A stretch of 64,000 nucleotides of DNA, taken from the NCBI GenBank assembly GCA_040954595.2, contig CM082586.2, positions 11,749,337 through 11,813,336 of the forward strand, read 5' to 3'. Under the pieces are notes generated by a model. The model ran no database searches and had not been told where the DNA came from. It worked only from the letters and a program-made list of their open reading frames with translations. This DNA is from Balanoglossus misakiensis (taxonomy: Eukaryota > Animalia > Hemichordata). The translations under genes and the position numbers were made by a program. Below are positions 11,201 to 21,966 of the stretch, piece after piece (position 1 is the stretch's first letter; every line of letters begins with the position of its first letter).

Positions 11201-13855
11201 GTGGTTGAACGTTGATTCACTATATATCCACACATATAATAACATAAACGGTGTCTTGTATCAAACATAATTAATGGAAAAGGGGCAGCAAGAGAGAGAC
11301 ATTGTCCCTTTAATGACCTATTTTCCAGAGTAAATCTGTCCTTTTGTTATGTGTAGTCCCAGGTTAGAACTATGGTTTGTAGTTTCATTGCCAAAGGTTT
11401 AAGGATCCTCCTACGAGAACATCTGGTCTTTGTATAGTCAACATTAAGAAATGATTTTAGTATGGACTAAAACTCAGTAGTAAATAATTAACAGTTTCTT
11501 TATGCATATGTGAGCTATGCTGATGTGCTTATCAATTTTCAGGGCATTTCTGTATTCTGTATTTTTTTTTTGTATTCCACAGCAAAACATTCTTTGAAAG
11601 CATCCTTTGTTCAAAAGAAGCTGCAACTGCAAGACAAAGAGTTCGAGCAGCAAGAGGAACCTGAACAAGAACAAGAAATGGTCAAGGTATAATGGCATGA
11701 ATATTTTAACATGTGAAATTTAGTCTGCCAGTGATGTCATGGTTTGTAATACAGTGTGGCATACAGTATCTACTGGCGATGAATTGAAATCTTGACATTT
11801 CAACAAAATTTATGGGGAACAAAAAATATAGTTTAAGCACAAAACAGCAACATTTTACAAAATCATAATTACAGCCAGATAGATATTTCATTTTTTTATT
11901 TTCTGTTATAGGGTACTGACAATAAAAAAAGTTAGTGTCCTGTGATCCTGTGTCCTGTGATCCTGTGTCCTGTGATCCTGTGTCCTGTGATGGTGTCAAT
12001 GAAGATGTAGAAGTGATTGCGGTTGAAAATTCTGTTGACATAACAGTGGTGGAGGAGGTGGCAGCTTCATGTGAGGAATCCATGAAAGAATGTACTGCTG
12101 AACAGGCATTGAATTCAGAACAGGTTAGACATGATTAATTAACTACTATAAATGATGGAGCAGGTTCTCCGAATAAATATTCGAATGATCAGGCACTTCT
12201 AGTCAATACCAATTGTATTTATTGGCAAAATGTCTATTCTGCTACAGTAAAACCTGTCGAAACTGAACACCAAAGTGACTGAAGAAATTATTCCATTTGC
12301 AAAGGTGTCTGGTTTATAGGGGTTCTTTTAACATGTGGTTCCATGTCAAAGGGACAGGAACATGTGTTCAATATAGATAGGTTTCAAGATTAGACAGGTT
12401 TTACTGCTGCATGAGGAAATATGGGGACAGTCAGAGCAGATATGATGGAAAATAACTCTGACTGGTATTTGCAAAGGTGTTGAAAGATTATGGAATGACT
12501 CTTAAACAAATGGGGCTTTCACATGTGATGTTTAGGCCGCCCCTGGGGGATATTGATTAGTCTAAGGTATTAAATGGTATCAATATTAACGTTACAGGAA
12601 AGAGAGAAACAAGCTCAAAGGAAATTGCAGAGGAAAGATGTAAGTTTAGTCGAATTTTGATTCTGAGTCATACATTTGACTGGATTGGTTATACTCCTAC
12701 ACCAAAGTGACAGTTTGGGCAATGATGTTAATACTGGATTGAAACGTGTTGATTGTCTTTGTAGTTTTTGATAAATTCTTCATTTTTACATTTATAGGAT
12801 AGTTTTTGATAAATTGTTAATTTTTAGGTCCAATGTCTAAAAATTTAGAGCTCAGAGGTGCATTCTACTAAATGTTTGTTTTGTACTTTCTCATCCACAT
12901 ACCTATTTCACGTTAGGCAAGGCAATCTCTTCCCTAGGAACCGGTTAGTCAGTGAATTGTCTGCTCAGGTTATGACACTCAATGTGTTTATTTCTTTACA
13001 GGCAGCACAGCCCAGAGCCGAAAATATAAGATTGCCCTTGATTAACGAAAGGAAAAGACAAATCTGCATCATGGTGAACGATGAGGTCCTGGACAGGCCA
13101 TTCAGAGACCTAGATACACTCAAAGTAAGTCAAGATATGGGCCATCAAGTGTAAATTGTGTGTTTCATGTTCACTGTTCAAATACAGTCCGTTGCAGCCT
13201 TACAATGTAAGGCATTTCTGAGTGTAACTGCAGTCATACCAAAATAAAGAAACCAAGGTTTGGATTAATCATCATATTCTAGCATTATAATTGTAAACAT
13301 AAAAGAATCTATTTGCTTTGCAGGATGTCTTTGATTGGATTTGCGGTACAGTTGATTCAGAAGATCTTCCTTGCAGATTTTTTCTGCAATGTTTCGATCC
13401 TCCCAACTGTGTTGATTTTCAGTGTCAGCATGAATACCATGCCACAGCTGAGGCTGACTTCCTTTTAGTAGAATATCTACCAGAAATGATGCTAGTGAAA
13501 GAGGTAATTTAATAATTTTAAATTTTTTTGATGATATTTGCATATTTCGGTGTTTGCCAATTTTGAGAGATTGATCAACTGTCTTTTTTAGCAGTTTTAT
13601 ACTGAAAATCGAGTTGTCCAAAAATGCACAACATTCTTCAGTCTCGTGAAACAGAATCCAAATGTTCACATAGTACAGCTATTCTGATTACCAAGTTTTA
13701 TTTCGCATCACAAAATGTCAGTACATACACATGAATATGATAAACAATGTTTTTTAATGCATGAAATCACTTTTTTATTTGTTCTACAGATTAGTGGTGA
13801 CCTGGATGACACCCTAACAAACTATGATGATGTTCTTCTGTGTGGGCTGTTTTGA
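8234..13855 (+). CDS. 9-exon uncharacterised protein (~394 aa): basic N-terminus, acidic/coiled-coil middle, C-terminal UBX-like domain; one apparent 1-nt frameshift
   Basis: GT-AG exons 8234-8264, 8481-8587, 9092-9410, 11583-11686, 11912-12123, 12598-12639, 13002-13124, 13324-13503, 13790-13855. Phases are compatible except that the A7 run at 11924-11930 needs A8. DRPFRDLDTLK|DVFDWICG..RFFLQCFDPP resembles the UBX RxF..TL.DV.DF pattern. Confidence 0.7.
9979..11313. mobile_element. Palindromic TTAA-flanked MITE (Kolobok-like) split by a nested insertion
   Basis: TTAAGGCAAAGTCTCTCTCT..CATTAATTATGTTTGATACAAGA is the inverse of TCTTGTATCAAACATAATTAATG..AGAGAGAGACATTGTCCCTTTAA; the arms continue as an inverted repeat in ~11035-11235. 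Confidence 0.7.
10055..11022 (+). mobile_element. HINE/DINE-1-like non-autonomous element nested in the MITE
   Basis: AGGTCCCAT..ATGGGACCT inverted repeat, then (GTAT/GTCT)n microsatellite, then a ~239-bp tandem duplication (10582 vs 10821). Confidence 0.6.
11935..11990 (+). repeat. 15-bp coding minisatellite (VSCDP)x~3.7
   Basis: GTGTCCTGTGATCCT repeated within exon 5 of the UBX-like gene. Confidence 0.9.
12245..12406. mobile_element. Short Tc1/mariner-pogo-type MITE
   Basis: TA|CAGTAAAACCTGTC ... GACAGGTTTTACTG perfect 14-bp TIR; right TA degraded. Confidence 0.7.
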
Positions 13856-13884
13856 ACTGTACTTGTGAACATTTTTTTTTTACT

Positions 13885-14084
13885 AGGGGACCATTCAGTT
13901 TTTACGGCGGGAGGTAGGTAGGGGGAGTCGGCAAAATCAAGGGGGTGTCACTTAAATTTGGAAATTCAAAAGGGGGGTCATCATTTTTTGGTCCCGTGTA
14001 AAGGGAATGGGGGGGGGGGGTCTGCCTGTTTTTGAAAACAGATGACACAAACTTGCCCCAAGCCATGAAAACTGAACGGCCTCT
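13885..14084. mobile_element. Degenerate Harbinger-like MITE
   Basis: GGGGACCATTCAGTTTTTACGGC vs GCCATGAAAACTGAACGGCCTC imperfect TIRs, G-run interior, TAA at right flank. Confidence 0.5.
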
Positions 14085-15009
14085 AAAGTATTAGCTGTTG
14101 TATTGTTCTCTTTAGTTGTGTAGTTTAGAAAAGTTCTTCAAGGCAAGGTGTCAAGTGCAAGTAGAGTTCTTTTGCTGCAAATGCTGTAGTGGGTTCATGA
14201 TTCCATCCATTCATTTGGCATATGTTCCGTGCCACAACTGCGAAATCTTCATTGCAACCATTATTAAAGTTACACTGTGACTTGCATAGCAAGAAAGTTT
14301 GAGAGCCAGCGTTGACTGAATGTATGTAGTTCCGACAATTAGGGCGGTCTGAAATAACAAAATATGTTTGTTCAAATAAGAATTTATGTATGGGTTAAAT
14401 ACTATGAGGGTATTACGAAAATACTGCAAAGTATGCTCAAGGACATTAGCGCCACGTATCGCCTGATGCGTAGCGGAGGGCGATGCACTATGCTAATGTC
14501 CAAATATATACTTTGTGGTATTTTCATAATAAAATTATTATTGTACATCTTACATCTCAGTTAGTTCTTGTGTTGCATATTATTTGGCTTTCAAAACGCT
14601 GGTACGATCAACCATAACCGATCAGCTGAAACACAGTACACAGTGAGCAGCCATCTTTCTTTTTTGTTTATATTGGAGTATCTATTGTTCTTGGTGCCAG
14701 ATGTATATTAAGTTATTTTATTTTATTTACCTTAAGCAATGAAGTGATTGAAATGTTATTTTTCTATCATTCTCTGCAGATGTTATGTAATCTTGAGATT
14801 TTTGTTGAGGAAACTTTCCAATGTTCATGATTTATGCTTTAAACACTGCATGTCATTTACTTCATGGATAAGCCTTATGTTGACCTAATGAGTGAAATAC
14901 CCACATGACTTGTGATCTACATTCAGTCACAGGGTCCAGATTAGGTAGCATTTCTGCAATTTTAATGAATCTTTGTTGGTTTCTTTATTTTGTTGCAATA
15001 AAAAAGTAC

Positions 15010-18000
15010 CTAGTAACTCAGGACAGGTATAGAGAATTTCTGGAATGCCTGATACAGAATCTCCTTTATTTTGTCGCCTTATTCTGTGGTGGTTCCACCT
15101 CTCAACTACCTCATCCAGTTCCCTTTGCATGACAGAAAAATAACAAAACTGCATACTCATTCTGAAAGAAAAAATGCAAATTGATTTCAAGATGCTTGGG
15201 AATAATATGTGCATTTTATCATACTTAACAAATAGCATAATGTTACAAGTTTATGGAAATTCATCCAGTTAAAAATATGATTTCCAGCAGATCTACGGAT
15301 TTCAAACGAACTGCAATATTTGATCTCCTGTCTATGTCTCTACCATCCTGTCTGTGTCTGTTTCTTCTCTGCTCTGTGCAAACATTGACAGATTGAATAA
15401 TGGAATTTCTTTCATTACTTGAAACAAAACATAAAGTGTATCAACTCACATGTTGACCGGGTCACCTAACTGCAAATGACCCATTGATACCAAATCCTAG
15501 GGGATAAAAAATTGATAGTGGTGAATTTCCTGTAATGCTACAGTAAAATGTGTCAGTGAATGTGGTCTTGTACTTGTGTATAAACTGCCTGCAAGGCCAT
15601 GGCCAAGAAAAAAAATGTTTGGAAAGCCTAGTCCTCATGTATAAAAACTCTGCAGGACAATTCAACATCATGATATGAACTGACTTGAGCTATACTGGTT
15701 ATTTTTCTCATTCCTACACACAACTGCATCCACTAATGACATTGCATCTTGGGCTGTGGCACATTCTATGAGAATACAAATTTTGTCACTTATACAACCA
15801 TCTTTGTGTTTGAGTTGATTTTGTTTTGCAGAACACATTTGTACAAGCCAAATGATACTTTACCTTAAAATGGTCAATCCACCAATCTGCACTTTTACTT
15901 CTTAACACACCCCACCATCGTTCAATACGCTGTAAGAAGAGATCACAATGAAAACAATGGTCTGACACAATTACTGTCACCACTCTGAACAAACAAATGT
16001 GAAACACGATACCAAAAGTGTCTTTTTTGGATTATATTGTGAAACAAAAAACTGCACCAAATTTGAACAAAATTTGCTCAGGCATGCAGCAGCAATGGAA
16101 TCGGTGACTGAAGTAGGGAAGATGGGGAGTCTATGAGGTTTGAGGATAGTCTCCTCAAGCATATAGTCATCTTAACAAGGTAGTGGAAAAATGGGTAGTA
16201 TTAACAGTCTTTTTATCTCATGACACGGTACAGCGTAGGTATTCCTAAGAAAAATTGTGATGTCATTTGTCATATGTGGATAGAGGGCGCTGCGCATGGT
16301 CGACAAGTTCAGCAACATCGTCTCTTGGTACGAGCGAAAAATCACTCCTTAGTTGGAACTTTTTTTCATCACCGGTCAATGTGTCGATTTTTGAAGGCGT
16401 GGACTATTAGCTGGCAACGGATTTTTGCGGAAGATTGCTGTAACTTTTTGTCAAAAGTGAGTTTTCATTTTTATCTATCAAGTCGAAGCCAGCACACAGA
16501 ATCCTGCCATTAGTTCCAGTCGATCTCATTATGCATGCAAAATAGTACTGGAATTCTGCTCCTTTGTTTAAAACCCACGTTGTGTAATCGAACACCTGTG
16601 CTCATTCACGATGCCGAGAAGAAAAGACCAAACACCATATGGATCATCAGACTCTTGCCAATCAACACCTCCAGCTGGCACACCACGATCAATAGAAAAC
16701 CGGCTTGCTGAAATCTGTTCACATGTAAATCACATACCGGCACTATTGATCAGTATTGCTGAGCTCAAAGAAAGCCAAAGCACAATAAATTCGTCACTTT
16801 AGTTCTTCAACGGACTTGTAGAGGAAGTACGTGGACGAGTTTCTACTTTGGAGCTTGAAAATAAAGAAGTCAAAGAAACGAATGCACAGCTTTTCACTCG
16901 CATCACAGAGCTCGAGAAATCTATGGAAAGTATGAATCAGTACAATAGACGTGAAAACATTGAACTTCATGGAATTCCTGAAAGTGCAGATGATGGAGAA
17001 AATACAGATGCAATCGTAACAAGAGTGCTAAAAAAGATCGATCCAGGTATCAGTGACCACGACATTGTGATTACCCACAGATTAGGTCAAAAGCATACAG
17101 GTGACAATGCTGCACCTACTTTCCCAAGACCAATCATTGTGCGATTCTTAAGCAGGAAGAAACGCGACTATATCCACCGGAACAAAAAGAAGCTAGCGAC
17201 CATTACAACTGGAGATATTGGATATGCCAATCGGAACAAAATCTACGTAAATGAAAATCTAACTCCAAAAGCACGCAAACTTTTTAAGATGACGAACGTG
17301 AAGCTCAAATCAGCACGCTATAAGTATGCGTGGACGCGGAACGGTGAAGTTCTTGTGAAGAAAAGTGAGCAGTCACCTGTACTAGTGATAAGGAATGAGC
17401 TGGACCTTGCCAAGATTGTATAAACCATCTTGTAGACATTTTCTTGGTTTCCCATATATTGCTTCATGCCAAACTCAGTAAATGACATAGATGATGACAT
17501 TTTCACAGTTACAAATCATATACTAGAACCGTCAACATTTAATGATAAATTTAGCTCTAGATCCAGCCATTCTTTCTCAGTATCTCATATTAATGCAAGA
17601 TCTCTCTGTAATAGTATAGACGATGTACGTCTCCTGTATAATGAATGTATCACCAGTCCTTTTCACATTATTGGTGTTTCAGAAACCTGGCAAATCAATA
17701 ATCCAACTTTTTTTAATTTGCCAAATTACTCTTTTGAGTTAAATAGCAGAAACATCGGTCGGGGTGGCGGGGTAGGGGCATATATTCATTGTTCTCTTAA
17801 ATACAAACTGTTAAACTTTAATGTGGTTCATTCTGAATCACTATGGTTTGAAATATGCGGGTTAAAGAATCTCATAGTTGTCGGTGTGTTATATCGCAAA
17901 CCAGGAACTAGTGTCACAGAGTTTGAAGACAGTCTTTTTAATGTTCTTTGTTCTTTGAAACTGGATAAAAAACATTGTATTCTTATGGGTGACTTTAATA

Positions 18001-21000
18001 TTGATGTGTCAAGTCCAGATTCAAGTGCTCGGGATTTTATACCAAGGATGCAATGTCTTCATCTAGAACAGTTAATCTCCTCCACAACTCGTATTACAAG
18101 TACTTCCAAGTCGACCATTGATCATATTTATTCCAATATTAGCTCTTGTCACATTGATGCTGGTACAATTATTGCTGATATTTCAGATCACTTACCTATT
18201 TTCTCTATTTTCAACAATTTCAATGTCCACACGCCATTTGTACGGTCAGTTTGTACAAGGAATTTCAGGCGCTATAACTCTGCTCGTTTTATTTCTGATT
18301 TAATTAATGTTAACTGGAACGTTGTTATGCATAACAATAGCTGTGTAAACACTGCTTTTGACACCTTCAGCAATTTGTTCAGCCAGGTGTGTGACCATCA
18401 TGCCCCACTTGAGGTTAAAACTATTAAGGCCAAGTGTAACAAAAATCCCTGGATTACCAAAGCTATTAAGAAGTCAATTCGCACCAAACGCAAACTATAT
18501 GCTAAAGTTGTCACCACACAACATGAACCAAGTGCTGTTGCTCGCTACACAACCTACAGAAATATTCTTACAAGTGTTTTAAGAAAAGCCAAAAGGGTGT
18601 ATTTTGCTAATTTATTCACTGTAAACAACAATGGTAAAGTGTGGAATGTTGTAAATGAGTTGCTTGGTAAAAACACTACTTTAGATAAAGCACCAGATCA
18701 GTTAAAGGTCAATGTAAATGGGATTGAAAGGTTGGTAGATAAGCCAGCTGATATGGCTAAGTGTTTTAATGACTTCTTTGTACATGTGGGTCAAAATCTG
18801 GCAAAACACATTCCAAAAACCACAAAAGATTTTAAAAATTATATGAATGATCCTATGCCAAACTCTTTTTTTCTCCATCCTGTTACGGTTGCTGAGATAA
18901 AAGAGATTTTGGTGCATCTTGACAGTAAAAAGGCCAGTGGGTGGGATAATATTCCTCCAAGACTCCTAATTGATGCAGCTGATGTTATTGCTCAACCTTT
19001 GACCCACATCATAAATATGTCTTTCTGTACCGGTGTCTTCCCTAATTCCTTAAAAGTCGCTAAGGTTAAACCTATCTTCAAGAAAGGAGAACAGAACATT
19101 GCTGGGAACTACAGACCCATCGCCATTTTATCAATGTTCAGTAAAGTGATAGAAAAAGTGGTAAACAAACAAGTGATTACTTACCTTGATAAATATAATA
19201 TATTATATAAGCACCAGTATGGCTTTAGAAAGAACCATAGCACCAAGCACACTTTGATTAACTTAGTTAACCACTTGTTAAAAGAAATTGATAAGGGGAA
19301 TTCCACACTGGGGGTGTTTATTGACTTCAGCAAAGCTTTCGATACCATTCACCATGCCACTTTATTGTCCAAGCTTGAACATTACGGGTTTAGGGGCCCC
19401 TGCCAGCATTGGTTTAACAGCTACCTCACAGACCGCTCACAGTATGTCACATTAACCAGTCATGTTTCAGAAAAGTCCTTGATCCACAATGGAGTCCCAC
19501 AGGGATCAGTTTTGGGCCCAACCCTTTTCCTTATTTATATCAATGACCTTCCAAATTCTTCTACATTTTTTGATTTCCGTTTATTTGCTGACGACTCCAA
19601 TCTCTTCCATTCCTTCTCAGGTGCAGATAGTATTAACTTGACTCATATATCCTCTTATTTAAATGATGTTCAGCAATGGTGCAATGCCAACAAACTAACA
19701 ATTAATAGGGCCAAGACTCACTTTATTATTTTTAGGGGTCGGCAGAAAAAACTTAATGTTCTTGGGTCATTGCAAATCCAGAATGAAGAAATCAAAGAGG
19801 TTGATGTGATACCATTTGTTGGGGTTTTATTGGATAAGCATCTGTCATGGTCACATCAAATTAACAAAATAAATAATCTCATTAGGAAGCACTGTGGAAT
19901 TTTATACAAGATTAGAAATATTTTACCACTCCATATCAGAATTTTGTATTACAACGCCTTCATACTCCCCCATGTTACATATGGTCTTGAGGTTTGGGGC
20001 AATACTTACCCCACAAAGTTACGTTGTATCCAAGTTGCCCAAAAAACAATTGTACGTATAATGCTTTTCAAATCACACATGGACCATTCTTCTCCTCTCT
20101 TTAATCAACTGAATATTTTGGATATTACCAAGCTTCACAGTTATTTACTAGGTTCCTTCATTTATTATTTATATCACCAGAAATCTCCACATTCACTTTC
20201 AGATTATTTTAACACAACAAGTCATGAGCATAATACCAGAATTTGGTTACATCACTATCTACGCCCGTTCCATGCCAAAACAAACTCAGGCCAGTTCTCG
20301 ATATCACATACTGGAGCAAAAATCTGGAACGATATTCCTCCACAAATTAAGTCTTCAAATACTTTATGCCAATTTCGTAGGACATTTAAACAACACCTCT
20401 TAAACCAGTACAAATGAATTTGTAATTTTCTTGATGTAGTATGATGCTGTTTTGTTTGTTTGTTTGTGATTGTTGTTCCTTTCTTTTTTCCATTACCATT
20501 TGCAATGGATAACTTTACACTGTTGTAGTGAGATCGTACTTGAATCACGCTTCAAGCGTTCCCTCAACATTATCTTTTTTTTTCTGTAACCAAGCAAGCT
20601 ATATTGTAGGAGTACAGGCTAGACTAGCTGTGGCTATTTCCTGACTCCATATTTACCCACCATTTGTATTTTTACCTATCATATGTACCCTTTAATTAAT
20701 GGGTAAATAAAACATTATTATTATTATTATTATTATTATATAACTGACCTGGTTAGCAGTTGAAGGACCATACCAAAAGCTGTTGTCAGCAAAAGCATCA
20801 TCACCATCTGTCCTCAACATGGCTTGAGCAGTCATTATCACTCCTGTTTCTGTGCCATGATCTGCTCGCAAGATCCTGGGGCAACCTGCAAACAAATTAG
20901 GATTGACATTGGCAGCTCTTACAGTTAAAATGTTAACCCCCCCCCCCAAAAAAAAAAAAAAAATTGTACACACTAGATTTAATTTTTAAGAAAGATTTTC

Positions 21001-21610
21001 ATTCCAAATGCTTTACTGCCTACACGTAGTTTCAATGTTTTTCAACACAGCCTGGATATGTGAAGATCATTACAATGTTGCCACAGGAAATATTGGGTAC
21101 AAGACTAATATGAGCATGCAATGGATAATTGTCATTGATTAGTGGTTGGCTAAATTTATCGCCTTTACCCAGTTCAGAAATGTCAATAAAACAAATTTTG
21201 TCAAAATGATATGTTTAACAACCTTGAGTGAATGTGTCTATTACCTTTCAGCTTCTCAACTGTGTCTATGAAATAGGAAGCAACTTTGCTTGGATCATTG
21301 TTTGATGCACCAACTTTCAACCACAACACCCTTCGCGAAAATCTATAGAAAACAAAGTTATTATTAATTTTCAAATTAAAAAAGGAATAAGTAAATTTCA
21401 TTGCATAAACATATTTCCACAGAATTGTTACTAAATGTGCTTCATTAATCTTAGCTTTCATCAATATTGTGATTCTCAAAAAACCAATGGTGTTACAATG
21501 GGTCTCCAGCATTCCTCAGAAAGGTTTGTATAGATGATAAGTTGATAGAACTTACCCATCGATGCAACCATGAATGGCAAATCCATATGGAGATAGTTTA
21601 TCATACCCAT
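15010..21610 (-). CDS. Spliced DDE integrase-core transposase (IS3/IS481-related, IS3EU type), partial: 5' exons and exact C-terminus not found
   Basis: Six phase-compatible GT-AG exons: 21610-21556 (DGYDKLSPYGFAIHGCIDG), 21342-21245 (FSRRVLWLKV..SNNDP), 20885-20749 (PRILRADHGTE..YGPSTANQ), 15929-15864 (RIERWW), 15496-15450, 15161-15010 (LDEVVERWNHHRIR..GIPEILY). Candidate catalytic D, D and E are present and there are no stops in these exons. Confidence 0.9.
16611..17423 (+). pseudogene. LINE ORF1 (coiled coil + L1-type RRM + FP25K-like C-terminal domain) with one in-frame TAG
   Basis: ORFs 16611-16802 and 16848-17423 share a frame and are separated only by TAG 16800-16802; motifs QYNRRENIELHGIPE, HRLG, RPIIVRF, IYVNENLT, YKYAWTRNGEVLVKK. 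Confidence 0.85.
17466..20417 (+). CDS. LINE ORF2: AP endonuclease + reverse transcriptase, 983 aa, uninterrupted
   Basis: HINARSL, GVSETW, GDFNID, TIDHIY, SDHLP; NYRPIAIL, QYGFR, DFSKAFD, GVPQGSVLGP, FADD. Confidence 0.97.
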   Translation: MPNSVNDIDDDIFTVTNHILEPSTFNDKFSSRSSHSFSVSHINARSLCNSIDDVRLLYNECITSPFHIIGVSETWQINNPTFFNLPNYSFELNSRNIGRGGGVGAYIHCSLKYKLLNFNVVHSESLWFEICGLKNLIVVGVLYRKPGTSVTEFEDSLFNVLCSLKLDKKHCILMGDFNIDVSSPDSSARDFIPRMQCLHLEQLISSTTRITSTSKSTIDHIYSNISSCHIDAGTIIADISDHLPIFSIFNNFNVHTPFVRSVCTRNFRRYNSARFISDLINVNWNVVMHNNSCVNTAFDTFSNLFSQVCDHHAPLEVKTIKAKCNKNPWITKAIKKSIRTKRKLYAKVVTTQHEPSAVARYTTYRNILTSVLRKAKRVYFANLFTVNNNGKVWNVVNELLGKNTTLDKAPDQLKVNVNGIERLVDKPADMAKCFNDFFVHVGQNLAKHIPKTTKDFKNYMNDPMPNSFFLHPVTVAEIKEILVHLDSKKASGWDNIPPRLLIDAADVIAQPLTHIINMSFCTGVFPNSLKVAKVKPIFKKGEQNIAGNYRPIAILSMFSKVIEKVVNKQVITYLDKYNILYKHQYGFRKNHSTKHTLINLVNHLLKEIDKGNSTLGVFIDFSKAFDTIHHATLLSKLEHYGFRGPCQHWFNSYLTDRSQYVTLTSHVSEKSLIHNGVPQGSVLGPTLFLIYINDLPNSSTFFDFRLFADDSNLFHSFSGADSINLTHISSYLNDVQQWCNANKLTINRAKTHFIIFRGRQKKLNVLGSLQIQNEEIKEVDVIPFVGVLLDKHLSWSHQINKINNLIRKHCGILYKIRNILPLHIRILYYNAFILPHVTYGLEVWGNTYPTKLRCIQVAQKTIVRIMLFKSHMDHSSPLFNQLNILDITKLHSYLLGSFIYYLYHQKSPHSLSDYFNTTSHEHNTRIWLHHYLRPFHAKTNSGQFSISHTGAKIWNDIPPQIKSSNTLCQFRRTFKQHLLNQYK

Positions 21611-21632
21611 CTAAAAAAAAAATCAAAACACA

Positions 21633-21955
21633 ATGTCATACATGCCTAAATGTAGGGATAAACTGTTAATGCCATCTTGAAAATTTGCAGTGCATTATGG
21701 GTCAATTGAGTTCCGGTTGGGGGGAGTAGCGTCTACAACCTATCCATTTCCAGCGGTTTAGTCAGATTTTCTTCATGTAACTACTACTACTAACGTTACT
21801 TGAAGAAAATCTGACAAAACTGCTGGAAAATTGGATAGGTTGTAGACGCTACTCCCCCCCCCCCCCCAACTGGGACTCAATTGACCGATAATGCACTGCA
21901 AATTTTCAAGATGGCGTTAACACAGTTTATCCCTATATTTAGGCATGTATGACAT
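21633..21955. mobile_element. Fully palindromic hairpin MITE (~150-bp arms)
   Basis: ATGTCATACATGCCTAAAT...CAGATTTTCTTCA mirrored by TGAAGAAAATCTGA...ATTTAGGCATGTATGACAT around a (CTA)n spacer. Confidence 0.85.
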
Positions 21956-21966
21956 ATATATATATA

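Larger units (their letters stand above)
16280..20737 (+). mobile_element. Near full-length CR1/L2-group (Crack/Daphne/Kiri-like) LINE in an integrase intron, antisense; 5' boundary approximate
   Basis: ORF1 + APE/RT ORF2 + 3' UTR with AATAAA (20706) and (ATT)8 tail at 20714-20737. Confidence 0.9.
3172..21610. mobile_element. Left portion of a putative giant IS3EU-like DDE DNA transposon (right end beyond the window or not identified; end coordinate is a minimum)
   Basis: Sharp breakpoint in a repeat; terminus TATGG; subterminal repeats; spliced IS3/IS481-like integrase-core gene downstream. TAY..RTA ends and a 6-bp TSD are what I recall for IS3EU. Linkage of terminus and integrase is inferred. 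Confidence 0.6.

Noticed and set aside
14760-15009. Final exon(s) of the integrase
   Set aside because: Read-through to the stop at 14927 and a short-intron alternative are both possible; neither is supported well enough to call
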